From: a virus
Taxonomy: Duplodnaviria > Caudoviricetes
Virus record (IMG/VR): IMGVR_UViG_3300034088_000016
Coordinates: 1 to 47,763 of that record
Strand: one strand, 5' to 3'
DNA length: 47,763 nt
Each line of letters begins with the position of its first letter. Position 1 is the first letter of the stretch. Made by a program: the position numbers and the translations under genes. This document shows positions 7,705 through 16,425 of the stretch, one piece after another. Below the pieces are notes generated by a model. That model was not told the DNA's origin. It did not search any database and worked only from the letters and a program-made list of their open reading frames with translations.

Positions 7705-9749
7705 CGCTGCATGCTCCCTTCCAGTGCCGCGAGCTGGTCAGCGTTGTTGCGCACGTCCATGAAGTCGTTGGCCTCTCCAGTAGTCGCGTCGGTACCGCGC
7801 TGCCCCACTCCTGGCGCCTGCTCCGTAGCGCTCCGAGCGCGGTTGCCGGGCGCGGACGGGGGTTGAGGAGATCCACCGACGCTCGCAGGAGGCGCATTCG
7901 GTCCCGCCATCGCGGCCATCTGCGCCTGCAACGCCTCCTGGGGCGTCATCTTGCGGATGAAGGAGTCGAACCCGCGCAGGCCCCCCGTGCTGTACATGCG
8001 CTCCAGCATCGGGGCCGGATCCACGACGTAGCCCTGTGAGTTGAGGATCTGGAGCGTGAGCGGGTTCATGGCTAGCTGCATGATGGCGGCAATCTGCTGG
8101 GTGCGTTGCGCCGCAGCGATGGCCTGAGAGCTGGCGAGCCACCGGAACTCAGCATCGATGATGAGGTCGGCCGGCGTGACCGGGTAGCTCTTACCCGCCA
8201 CGATGGCGAACACGGCCTTGTCGCGGTACTGCTGCCCCAGCCGCCAGGCCGCGCGCAGCAGAGGAATCATCATCGCGTACTCGATGTCCTGCACCTGGTC
8301 GAGCAGGGGCTCCATCGAATTGCGCTGGAGGATCTGGGATTGGGTGGCCGTCTTGGCTTGGGAGCTGGTGTTCCCCTGTGCCTGAGGAGGGGCGCCACTG
8401 AGGTCTTCCTCTAGGCTTCGCAGATAGGCGACCACGTACTGGCCATGCTGAATCATCTCGAACGGCGGGCGGTCGAACTGGACAGCCTGGGCCACGTCGA
8501 GCACGGGTACCACGGCACCGGGGAAGATGGGAGGCGGGGGCCCGGCCATCAGGTTCGGGTTGACCAGCCAGATGGGATTCAGGTTGTACTGCGCCACGTC
8601 CAGCCACTGGTTGAAGCTGTCGTTGGTGGTGGACTGGAGCGCCTTGGCCAGCATGCCGTAGCCGGTGCCGTAGATCATCCCCGGCACCTGATTGGTGGCA
8701 TGGAAGTCATAGGGCGGCTTCTGGTCCAGGAACGGGTTGCGCCGGCACTCCACGCAGACGTTGCCGGCCAGCACCATCCGTACCGGAATCGGCATGGAGG
8801 GGTCCTCACCGGGAAGGTAGGCTTGGGCGGGCATCACGATGCACGTCCACACCTCGGTGAGGGTCCGCATGGCGCCCTCGGGATTCCCGCTGATGGTCGA
8901 GTAGTGGGGCGACGGAATGCCGTACAGGTTGGTGTGGACCTCTGCGCTTTGGAGGAGGTGGGTGTCCGGCGTGGCGGCGTCGAGCGCGGCCTGCCCGTTG
9001 AGGAAGGTCCCGTTCTTGATGAGCCGGTAGATCTCCTTCTGAGGCACGTCGATGTCCTCGGAGACCAGCGTGCACTCGTCCAGGGACGCCGCGGTGGTCG
9101 GCCAGACGTGGAAGTTGAAGATGGACCGAGGCGCCACCACCAGGCCCTCGTTGCGCTGAACACCGAAGGAGGGAACCGGAACCCCCACGGGGGACATCTG
9201 CATGGATCCGGAAACAGACTGGTCTCTCCGGTAGAAGCGCTTCCACACCGTGCTCCCCAAGCCCACGAGCTGGCTGAGCATCGGCTTGATGCGCCTGCGG
9301 AGCTGGGCGTTGGCCTCCAGCTCCCACTGCACGTACGCCTTGACGGGCCGGGCACGCTCCGGGTCTCCCGAGCTGCGGTCCATCACGTCCATATACTCGT
9401 CGGAGGGAAACAAGCCTCTCGACAACTGGGTGGTCAGCGTCTGCTCGATGCGCGCGTAGACGGGCAGGTAGGAGTCGTGCCGGCCATAGTAGCGCCGGCT
9501 CCCGTCGTGAAGGAGCATCTTCATGCGGCCGATGGCGCGCCAGTCCTCCTCCAGGGGCTGCCGCTGCCGGCGCAGCTCACTGATGAGCGAGTAGATGTCA
9601 GGAACCTGGCTCGCGACCTCGGGCGCCTCAGCGAAGTTGGTAGAGGTGTCAGGCAGCGTGTTGATGGGCTGCTGGGCGCCAAAGTTGTTGGAGAAGTTGT
9701 CGGGCGAGTGTGCCTCGACGAGAGAGAGATCCGTGTAGCCAACGCTCAT
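7701..9749 (-). CDS. Portal protein
   Basis: 682 aa immediately after TerL; NPF...KPPY, YG.G, TAT motif and Gln-rich C-terminus as in podovirus portals. Confidence 0.88.
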   Translation of the reverse strand: MSVGYTDLSLVEAHSPDNFSNNFGAQQPINTLPDTSTNFAEAPEVASQVPDIYSLISELRRQRQPLEEDWRAIGRMKMLLHDGSRRYYGRHDSYLPVYARIEQTLTTQLSRGLFPSDEYMDVMDRSSGDPERARPVKAYVQWELEANAQLRRRIKPMLSQLVGLGSTVWKRFYRRDQSVSGSMQMSPVGVPVPSFGVQRNEGLVVAPRSIFNFHVWPTTAASLDECTLVSEDIDVPQKEIYRLIKNGTFLNGQAALDAATPDTHLLQSAEVHTNLYGIPSPHYSTISGNPEGAMRTLTEVWTCIVMPAQAYLPGEDPSMPIPVRMVLAGNVCVECRRNPFLDQKPPYDFHATNQVPGMIYGTGYGMLAKALQSTTNDSFNQWLDVAQYNLNPIWLVNPNLMAGPPPPIFPGAVVPVLDVAQAVQFDRPPFEMIQHGQYVVAYLRSLEEDLSGAPPQAQGNTSSQAKTATQSQILQRNSMEPLLDQVQDIEYAMMIPLLRAAWRLGQQYRDKAVFAIVAGKSYPVTPADLIIDAEFRWLASSQAIAAAQRTQQIAAIMQLAMNPLTLQILNSQGYVVDPAPMLERMYSTGGLRGFDSFIRKMTPQEALQAQMAAMAGPNAPPASVGGSPQPPSAPGNRARSATEQAPGVGQRGTDATTGEANDFMDVRNNADQLAALEGSMQR

Positions 9750-11260
9750 CGCATGCCTCGCTTGATTGGATCGGCGCTTGCCGAATACGCCATGGAACGC
9801 GGGAGCCCATACATGCCGGCCACCGTAACCGACGCGGAGGTATCGCCGCCAGTGCTGCCATCATCGTCAGGTCCCTGGACCAGGGCGAGCCGGTTGCCGA
9901 AGAGGCCGTAGATGCCGTAGCGCAGAGCGTCGGCGGCATGGTCGTAGATGCCGTCCTTCAGAGGCTCATCGAAGCGCCGGCCCTTGCGCTCCTTTTCGTC
10001 GGGGTAGCGGTACCCCTTCTCCAGCATGCGGATGAGGAAGGTGCAGCAGTTGTCGATACGGAAGGCGGGCGTGCCCCCCGACTGGCGGCTCATCAGCACG
10101 CGCACCGTACGGATGCCCGTCTCGATCTTCACGCCAGGGATGAAGTGCAGAGCGATGCCGTTGGCGTTGAGCACGGCCAGCGTGGAGCCGGTGTCCTTGT
10201 GCTGGGTGGCCGCTGGGTCTCCCCAGTCGGTCACCTTCACCGCGTCGGGGAAGCGTGTCCTGGTTTCCGCCAGCACCCGAGGAGCCCACTCGTGGATCTC
10301 CTCGTTCTCGCCCTTCAGCTCCCAGAGGACATCGAGCCCACCAAACGGCGTAACCTGAGCCCAGATGCAGAAAGGATGGCGGTAGCCGAAGTCGTGGAAG
10401 CGCACGATAGGCGCGTTGGGGTTGGCAGCCAGCATCCCCTTGGCGTGGAAGTCGCGCTGGAAGACGCGCCCATAGACCGGCGTGCCCTTGATGGCGCCGC
10501 CCCACTTCCCCTCTACCAGCCGGCGGATGAGATCAGGCGGTAGCGTCTTCCGCATGTTCTCGTAGTAGCCGTCGTAGAGGTTGCGGTCGTTCTCGCCGGG
10601 GACCGCGTAGATGGGGTTGTAGATGGGCGCCGCAACCTTCTCGCCCTTCTCGTTGAGCCCGGTGCAGTCGGTGTAGAGGTAGTGGTCCTCGTCGGTGGGG
10701 TTGAAGGCGAGGTCTACGCGGCGCTTGAATCCTTTGAGGCGAGCGCGGGTGCGCGTCTCGGCAAGGATGTCTCGGTCTACCTCGTCGGCCTCATCGACGG
10801 CGATACTGTGGCACTCCAAACCAGCAGGCCGCTCATGCAGGCCGAGGAAGATGAACTGGCTGACGGCGCCCCCACCTATCGGGTTGACCCACCACCTCAT
10901 CGGCGCGCTCTTGTCGCGGTCCACCAGCGTGCCCGGAGGCAGGCGATGGAGCATCTCCTCCATGCGCTTGGCCGTCGTAATCATCAGCTTGTTGTAGTCA
11001 CGCCGGCAGATGGCGAGAATCTTGCCCGGCTCAGTGAGTGCCTCGAACCACTTCAGCGCGCAGAGGCCGCTGGTCTTGGACGTGCCCACCATCCCGACCA
11101 GCGCGTTCTCTTCGTGCTTGGAATATAACAAGTTGCGCTGGCTCGGGTTGGCAGTGCCGTTCAGCAGCAGCTCATAGAGGCCATCGTAACCGTCCACTTC
11201 GATGGTGGTGCTCTTGGCCTTCTGCGCCTCGACCAGCAACTCGCGTTGGCTCTTACGCAT
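9746..11260 (-). CDS. terL: Terminase large subunit
   Basis: Walker A-like GMVGTSKTS, Walker B VDEADE, FNP motif, nuclease motifs DFGYRHP, GDPA, DHAADALRY. Confidence 0.93.
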   Translation of the reverse strand: MRKSQRELLVEAQKAKSTTIEVDGYDGLYELLLNGTANPSQRNLLYSKHEENALVGMVGTSKTSGLCALKWFEALTEPGKILAICRRDYNKLMITTAKRMEEMLHRLPPGTLVDRDKSAPMRWWVNPIGGGAVSQFIFLGLHERPAGLECHSIAVDEADEVDRDILAETRTRARLKGFKRRVDLAFNPTDEDHYLYTDCTGLNEKGEKVAAPIYNPIYAVPGENDRNLYDGYYENMRKTLPPDLIRRLVEGKWGGAIKGTPVYGRVFQRDFHAKGMLAANPNAPIVRFHDFGYRHPFCIWAQVTPFGGLDVLWELKGENEEIHEWAPRVLAETRTRFPDAVKVTDWGDPAATQHKDTGSTLAVLNANGIALHFIPGVKIETGIRTVRVLMSRQSGGTPAFRIDNCCTFLIRMLEKGYRYPDEKERKGRRFDEPLKDGIYDHAADALRYGIYGLFGNRLALVQGPDDDGSTGGDTSASVTVAGMYGLPRSMAYSASADPIKRGMR

Positions 11261-11420
11261 CTGCGTGCTCGCGATGGACCCAGACCGCCACGCCGTTCTC
11301 AGCCACGCTGTCGAGGTACGGATTGCACCAGCAGGCCACCTCGTGATGCTCGAATGGGTGACCTTCTGGGAGAGCGGGCATCACATGTACGTCGCCCTCT
11401 TGCGGGTGCTCATTGCTCAC
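11253..11420 (-). CDS. Small His/Cys-rich protein (55 aa)
   Basis: Manual translation MSNEHPQEGDVHVMP...HEVACWCNPY...VWVHREHADA; GTGA coupling; fills TerS-TerL gap. Confidence 0.65.
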   Translation of the reverse strand: MSNEHPQEGDVHVMPALPEGHPFEHHEVACWCNPYLDSVAENGVAVWVHREHADA

Positions 11421-11950
11421 GGCTTCAGCACCTTGGCTGCCACGTCAATCACATCACCCACGTAGGGAAGTGGCGGGGGCGACCCATTCCCAGAGCCGCC
11501 CATGTTGATGACAATCATGTTGGCACCCACGCCCAGCCGATCCTTCTTGCCGTGCCCACCGGCGTCGAGCAGGAAACGAGATGCCTTGTCCCGCTCGCTG
11601 TCGTTGCCGAAGCGGAGCTGGCGCTCCATCTCAGCGATAGCGACGGGCTGAAGCTCGGTGATGCGGCGTTCCACGTAGTCGTCAGCATCCGCGCCGGTGA
11701 GCCCCTCCGGCACCGGCACCAGCTTGCGCCGGTAGTTCTCGCCGCGGAGGGCCGTCTTCACCTCGTTGTCGAACTGGCGATCCTCGTGGTTGGCCAGCAC
11801 CGGAGATGACGCCGTGGTGGTCTCCGCATCGGCACCACAGGCCGCGGAGGAGCACTCGACGCCCTTGACGGCATGGGGCAGCTCATGGCCAGCAGGGCAC
11901 TGGTTGAACGACTCAGTAGGCATCTGACGATGGTGGCGAGCCACGCTCAT
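11417..11950 (-). CDS. Probable terminase small subunit
   Basis: 177 aa upstream of TerL; helical core (RDKASRFLLDAGGHG) then IVIN strand and DVIDV tail. Confidence 0.6.
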   Translation of the reverse strand: MSVARHHRQMPTESFNQCPAGHELPHAVKGVECSSAACGADAETTTASSPVLANHEDRQFDNEVKTALRGENYRRKLVPVPEGLTGADADDYVERRITELQPVAIAEMERQLRFGNDSERDKASRFLLDAGGHGKKDRLGVGANMIVINMGGSGNGSPPPLPYVGDVIDVAAKVLKP

Positions 11951-12387
11951 GCCTCCTGGAAGAGATGGATGGGCAGCTCGGGCACCACCTCGCCACGTTT
12001 CCTCGCAGCCTTCCGGTCATCCGACCTCTTGAACTTGGCGCGCTCCTTCTCCCCGTAGACCGGATCCTCTGCCCGCTTCTTGCGGCGCCACTTGTTCTGC
12101 TTGCGGTTGTACTGGTCGGGGTCCGCGAAGTACTGAGGCTCCATCTGGACCTTGACCGCCTTGGTGCCCGCCCAGGCCATCACCGGAATGCCCACGGTGG
12201 TCTGGAGCCGGAGCATGGTGATGAAGGAGGGGACGCTGATGCCTAGCGACGCCGCGGTCACGGTGGTGATGTTCAGGCCCGAGGTCTTGGCGAGGCTCAG
12301 GAGGCTCACGTCCGGGTGCTTGGCCAGGTACTCCGACACGGGCGTCGGGCTCGGCGCCAGCTTGGGGAGGGGGACCATACGAGGCAT
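11947..12387 (-). CDS. Cro/XRE-like HTH protein with basic C-terminus
   Basis: SLLSLAKTSGLNITTVT...PS...RLQTTVGIPV..W pattern; first gene of late operon; start uncertain (12387 or 12378). Confidence 0.55.
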   Translation of the reverse strand: MPRMVPLPKLAPSPTPVSEYLAKHPDVSLLSLAKTSGLNITTVTAASLGISVPSFITMLRLQTTVGIPVMAWAGTKAVKVQMEPQYFADPDQYNRKQNKWRRKKRAEDPVYGEKERAKFKRSDDRKAARKRGEVVPELPIHLFQEA

Positions 12388-12462
12388 GTAGGGTATGTAC
12401 CATACGTCCACGAGCGATAGGTAGTCCGGCGCGCCCGTTGGCAGTGGGATTGGCGGAGTAAT

Positions 12463-12490
12463 GCGACCACAAATCACCACCCGTGTCTTA
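12463..12490 (+). promoter_or_regulatory. Early-gene motif copy 1
   Basis: GCGAC-N14-CGTGTCTTA, ATG 5 nt downstream. Confidence 0.8.
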
Positions 12491-12495
12491 CTGGT

Positions 12496-12732
12496 ATGGC
12501 CATTCACGCTAGCTGGGCAGTCTGTATGCATTGCAGGGTCGGCATCCCACTCGTTGAGGTGCGCAGGAGTGGTCAGCGGGAGGTGGCAGGGGGATACACG
12601 ATTGAGGCATTCTCCCTACACCACGTCTGGAAATCCCATGACGTGAGAATCTTGGTGTCGGAGGTGGCCAGGTTGGTGGTGGGAGATCCCCTTCACCCAG
12701 CAGTTGACAACTCTGAGTACCCTCGCTTATGA
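12496..12732 (+). CDS. Hypothetical protein (78 aa), probably leaderless
   Basis: Starts right after motif copy 1; CMHC..HH..H. Confidence 0.6.
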   Translation: MAIHASWAVCMHCRVGIPLVEVRRSGQREVAGGYTIEAFSLHHVWKSHDVRILVSEVARLVVGDPLHPAVDNSEYPRL

Positions 12733-12733
12733 T
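12704..12733 (+). promoter_or_regulatory. Sigma70-type promoter
   Basis: TTGACA-N18-TATGAT followed by conserved leader hairpin. Confidence 0.65.
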
Positions 12734-12817
12734 TCCGGGACCCGCCCGCGACCGAGTGGGCGCAGGCTCCCGAACGTCACACCAACCCACATCAGAGTGG
12801 GAAATTGGAGACGCACA

Positions 12818-13111
12818 ATGTACGAAGCTGAAGCTCTGATCCGCAGTGCTAGCCGTATTCGCGATGACATCTGGTGCTCAGAGCCTGGCAAGTCAGCCAT
12901 CCTGGGGCGGGTCTGGTTCAAGACCTACGAAGGCGAGCAGGCCCTCTGCGCGTTCATGCTCGGGATGAACGAGACGACCACGGAAGCCGCATCGCTACTC
13001 GTGATGCGAGTCTTCCAGCTCCAATGCGAGATCGCGGCACGCAAGGCTGGATGGTGCCCCGAATTGCCTCCGGGACCGCCACATCCAGGTGCTGATGAGC
13101 TGTACGCCTGA
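12818..13111 (+). CDS. Hypothetical protein (97 aa)
   Basis: GGAG RBS, ATG 12818. Confidence 0.7.
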   Translation: MYEAEALIRSASRIRDDIWCSEPGKSAILGRVWFKTYEGEQALCAFMLGMNETTTEAASLLVMRVFQLQCEIAARKAGWCPELPPGPPHPGADELYA

Positions 13112-13316
13112 TTACTGATTGCCTATCGGTGATATCGTGTTAGTGGGTAGGAGTCCACTAAAGGGTCCCCCTATGCCCCTTTACTTCGCCGCGGTAGGGG
13201 GGTGCCCCATAATGGATCGGTGATCCATTTTGGCTATGACATAAATGTCACGTGACGTTTCTGAGATCAAATAACTCAGCGCGTCACTAGCATGGCACGC
13301 CCATTAATCGTGCCAA

Positions 13317-13520
13317 CTACTGGCCCCGGCGCCGAAGCTCCGCCGCCACCTTGGCATGCTCCTTGTCCAGCTTGTCGGCGTAGGCGAGCGCTAGCTTGCG
13401 CACCGCGTTATCGCCGGTCGCGTTGGCGCGGGTCTCGGCCGCCTCGATCTGAGAAATCAACAGGTTGGACTGCTGCCAGAGGCACTCGGTGGAGAAGACG
13501 CTGAGGCTGGGGGTCGCCAT
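13317..13520 (-). CDS. Hypothetical helical protein (67 aa), probably leaderless
   Basis: ATG 5 nt after motif copy 2. Confidence 0.65.
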   Translation of the reverse strand: MATPSLSVFSTECLWQQSNLLISQIEAAETRANATGDNAVRKLALAYADKLDKEHAKVAAELRRRGQ

Positions 13521-13525
13521 ACCTA

Positions 13526-13553
13526 TAAGACCCACCCCGTGAATTGTTGTCGC
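13526..13553 (-). promoter_or_regulatory. Early-gene motif copy 2
   Basis: GCGAC-N14-TGGGTCTTA on minus strand. Confidence 0.8.
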
Positions 13554-13650
13554 ATTACGTGGGACATACTAGGCTCTAGAGGTCGCCGGGGAAGCGCACA
13601 CCAGGGCTTGGGGGTCAGCTAGGAGCTTGTCTAAAATTTAGACTCCCACC

Positions 13651-13920
13651 TCAACCTAGCCGGTGGGTAGCCGCGGTTGCCTCCTCGTGAGAGACCACTC
13701 GGGCCTTGACTTCGACGACACGTCCGCGAGGGTTGCTGTCGTAGCCGCCCCGGACTTGGGCGATTATCCAGAATTGAACGCCGTCCTGGGCGGCGCGGGC
13801 AGTCTCGTAGCGCGTGGCGGCAGGGAATCGCTCGGTCACCTCCAGCCAGGCGCCGCCGATCCAACCCTGCGCGAGGTAATAGGTGGACTCGGTCTGACCG
13901 CTGGGAATGTGGATAGCCAT
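13651..13920 (-). CDS. Hypothetical protein (89 aa)
   Basis: ATG 8 nt after motif copy 3. Confidence 0.6.
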   Translation of the reverse strand: MAIHIPSGQTESTYYLAQGWIGGAWLEVTERFPAATRYETARAAQDGVQFWIIAQVRGGYDSNPRGRVVEVKARVVSHEEATAATHRLG

Positions 13921-13928
13921 GGTACTAC

Positions 13929-13956
13929 TAAGACACATCTCGCGATTAAAGGTCGC
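13929..13956 (-). promoter_or_regulatory. Early-gene motif copy 3
   Basis: GCGAC-N14-TGTGTCTTA on minus strand, back-to-back with copy 4. Confidence 0.8.
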
Positions 13957-13989
13957 ATTTGGAGGCGCGTTGGGGGGAACATTGGCAAC

Positions 13990-14017
13990 GCGACATGAAT
14001 TCTAGCCTTGTGTCTTA
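13990..14017 (+). promoter_or_regulatory. Early-gene motif copy 4
   Basis: GCGAC-N14-TGTGTCTTA, ATG 5 nt downstream. Confidence 0.8.
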
Positions 14018-14022
14018 GAGGT

Positions 14023-14679
14023 ATGGACCTGAACGCGCCTTGCCGGCACTCTGCCTACCAAAATATGGGTGGGCCGTGCGAAGCTTGCGTCATGGCCAGA
14101 GTAGGCAAGGGCAAGATCGAGCTAATCCGCGTCAGACGCACGCACCCAACGCTTCTGGAGATGATGCCGCGCCACTACTCGGCGCCCAAGGGCTTTGTGG
14201 GGCGTAACCTCTGCTATCTCATTGAGTGGGCGCCCTCCGACCTGGCCCAGGAACGCCGCATCTATGGCGCCATCGTAGGCGGGTCGGCAACGCGCTTCCT
14301 TCCGGGCCGCGTCGAGTTCTTCGGGGGCAAAGTGCCTCCGCTCAACAGCATCATTAACAACACGTTCTTTCATGCTGAGCCGGGCACGCGCGGCTACCCT
14401 TGCCGCAATTTCGTTCCCCAGGTCATTGCCCTCTGGCGCGCTCGCATGCTGATCGACTGGCCAGCAGCGTATGGGGATGCTGTGGCTGGATTCGAAACGT
14501 TGGTGGAGCTACCGCGCACGGGTGAGTGCTACCGTCGAGACGGGTGGGCTCTGACGGGGCAGACCAAGGGCTTTACCTGCAAGCGGGTAGCTGGCAAGGG
14601 TTCTGACTCATGGACCGGCAAGCGCGTTTGGGACACGGTTAACCTCCGGCCCAAGCTGGTGTTCATGCGCTTGCCCTAG
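14023..14679 (+). CDS. DUF4338 (DruA-like / Mom-related) protein
   Basis: HY..VGR.L.YLI, INNTFF, DW...YG....ETLVE..R.G.CY....W...G.TKG motif series. Confidence 0.7.
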   Translation: MDLNAPCRHSAYQNMGGPCEACVMARVGKGKIELIRVRRTHPTLLEMMPRHYSAPKGFVGRNLCYLIEWAPSDLAQERRIYGAIVGGSATRFLPGRVEFFGGKVPPLNSIINNTFFHAEPGTRGYPCRNFVPQVIALWRARMLIDWPAAYGDAVAGFETLVELPRTGECYRRDGWALTGQTKGFTCKRVAGKGSDSWTGKRVWDTVNLRPKLVFMRLP

Positions 14680-14690
14680 TCATAGGCAAC

Positions 14691-14718
14691 GCGACATCAA
14701 TTAGCTGGGTGTGTCTTA
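14691..14718 (+). promoter_or_regulatory. Early-gene motif copy 5
   Basis: GCGAC-N14-TGTGTCTTA then GGAGG RBS. Confidence 0.8.
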
Positions 14719-14736
14719 TAGGTGTGGAGGTGGCAA

Positions 14737-14922
14737 ATGGCTAGGTCCCCATTTTGGCGTTGCGAGGCGTGCGGCGCACAGAACCACGAGATAGACGGCG
14801 AGTGCCAGTTCTGCGACGCGCATGAGCACTACACCCGCTCGGAAGACTTCGACGCGGCCAACCCTAACGGGCCGCAGAAGTGCTCTCGCTGCGGCGAGAC
14901 CTACGGGGAGATCGACCCGTGA
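14737..14922 (+). CDS. Small zinc-finger protein
   Basis: WRCEACGAQN..CQFC and CSRC; GGAGG RBS. Confidence 0.7.
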   Translation: MARSPFWRCEACGAQNHEIDGECQFCDAHEHYTRSEDFDAANPNGPQKCSRCGETYGEIDP

Positions 14923-15023
14923 AACCCCAAACCGTCAAGCTTCCCGCCTTCCTGGCGAGCGCGCTGGTGAATGGAGATACGTCAGGGCTCTCTCGCGCCC
15001 GCCTGTACCCTGAGGAGGGCTAG
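14919..15023 (+). CDS. Short hypothetical protein (34 aa), possibly truncated
   Basis: GTGA coupling; LPAFLASALVNGDTSGL. Confidence 0.45.
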   Translation: MKPQTVKLPAFLASALVNGDTSGLSRARLYPEEG

Positions 15024-15026
15024 CAC

Positions 15027-15167
15027 ATGCAAGCCTGGAACGTGTACCTGCGCGGCAGGTTGATTGACACCGTGTTCTACAATCGCGACTGCGACTCTGA
15101 GTACGTGCGCCAGTCGCTGATCAACCATGACGGCTACGACTACCGCATCGTCGTGAGGCGTGCCTAG
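15027..15167 (+). CDS. Small hypothetical phage protein (46 aa)
   Basis: AGGAGG RBS; MQAWNVYLRGRLIDTVFY...SLINHDGYD. Confidence 0.7.
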   Translation: MQAWNVYLRGRLIDTVFYNRDCDSEYVRQSLINHDGYDYRIVVRRA

Positions 15168-15170
15168 AGC

Positions 15171-15198
15171 GCGACTAGCCGCGGATCGCTGTGTCTTA
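15171..15198 (+). promoter_or_regulatory. Early-gene motif copy 6
   Basis: GCGAC-N14-TGTGTCTTA then AGGAG RBS. Confidence 0.8.
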
Positions 15199-15214
15199 AT
15201 GATGAGGAGATACC

Positions 15215-15850
15215 ATGACCCGTGAAGAGATGATGCAGGCGAAGACGGAGATCGGGTCCAAGTACACCACTCGCGACGGGGTGATTCGCGACCTCGGCAA
15301 GTTCTCCGGCGAGCCCGTCTGGTCTGTGATGCTGTATGACTGGTGGCTCGAAGGCTCCTACGCCGACAAGGAGGGCGGCAATCAAGAGGAAGGCACGAAC
15401 GCATGGGCCGCCTTCATCGTGGATGCGGACATGCGCGCCGTGTTTCCCGAGCTGGCGGGCAAATGTCTGGAGTGCGGCTTGGGGCTGAATCCCAACCTGC
15501 CTATCGCGCATCACACGCCGTCCACCTTCGCCGTGGCCATTGAGGAGGATGACAACGGCTTCATTCACTCTCAGGAGCTGAGTGAGGCGGAGTTCAACGG
15601 GCTGGCCGAGCCTGAGGAGCGCGACCCAGACCCCGATGAGCCAGAGGATGATGACTGGGTCACCTCCGACCATGTCACCTTCACCCAAGCTGGCCGCGTC
15701 ATCCTCAGCTTGGAGGGGCGGGACTGCAACGATTCGGAGATGTGGGCTCACATTCGAGCGGCCATGTCAGCAGCCAACTACTGGCCCAACGTGTGGTTCA
15801 TCTCGGACCACGGGAACGCGTATTTGATGGTGCCACCTGAGGAGAGCTAG
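15215..15850 (+). CDS. Acidic hypothetical protein (211 aa)
   Basis: RBS; D/E-rich; C-terminal YWPNVWFISDHGN. Confidence 0.8.
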   Translation: MTREEMMQAKTEIGSKYTTRDGVIRDLGKFSGEPVWSVMLYDWWLEGSYADKEGGNQEEGTNAWAAFIVDADMRAVFPELAGKCLECGLGLNPNLPIAHHTPSTFAVAIEEDDNGFIHSQELSEAEFNGLAEPEERDPDPDEPEDDDWVTSDHVTFTQAGRVILSLEGRDCNDSEMWAHIRAAMSAANYWPNVWFISDHGNAYLMVPPEES

Positions 15851-15853
15851 AGC

Positions 15854-16057
15854 ATGGACCCGAACGCGAATCTTGAGGAGCAACGGCGCCTGGTGAAGTT
15901 CTTCCTTGACGACGGAGAGTCGACAAATCCCACAGCCGTTGCTCTCCACGCTGTGCGCCTCGCGGAGCTTGCGCGGGCGCTGGACGAGTGGATCAAGGGC
16001 GGCGGTTTCCTCCCCTCTGACTGGCGCGTGTGGGGAGATGGACGGCACCCCAAGTAA
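15854..16057 (+). CDS. Hypothetical protein (67 aa)
   Basis: MDPNANL...LDEWIKGGGFLPSDW. Confidence 0.75.
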   Translation: MDPNANLEEQRRLVKFFLDDGESTNPTAVALHAVRLAELARALDEWIKGGGFLPSDWRVWGDGRHPK

Positions 16058-16178
16058 CGCAGCACCCCTCGCAGGAACACGCGCCGTTCGATTCGGCGCC
16101 GAAGATTGGAGGAATCATGTCGCTCCGCGCTGCTGCATTCGAAGGGCTCGTGAGCGTGCCAACCTTGCGGGCTCCCCA

Positions 16179-16424
16179 ATGACCAGCCCCGAAATCAAAG
16201 AGGCGTTTGGGCGCTGGTGTGGCCGACAGCCCGATGGCCCGCGCTGGCCCGGCATTGCGGACGTGTACCCTCTCTACATCGCCAACGGCGCCCACTCCGG
16301 GACCTGGTACGTCCGCGAGCGCCTGCCTGGCAATCGGGTGTGGCGGGCTGAGGAGGATGGGAGCTTCACACTCGTGGGCACGCCCGAGATACCCTCTTGG
16401 CACTTGGACATGGCGGGGCGCTGA
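16179..16424 (+). CDS. Hypothetical protein (81 aa)
   Basis: Distal part of ORF 15906..16424 from ATG 16179. Confidence 0.5.
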   Translation: MTSPEIKEAFGRWCGRQPDGPRWPGIADVYPLYIANGAHSGTWYVRERLPGNRVWRAEEDGSFTLVGTPEIPSWHLDMAGR

Positions 16425-16425
16425 C

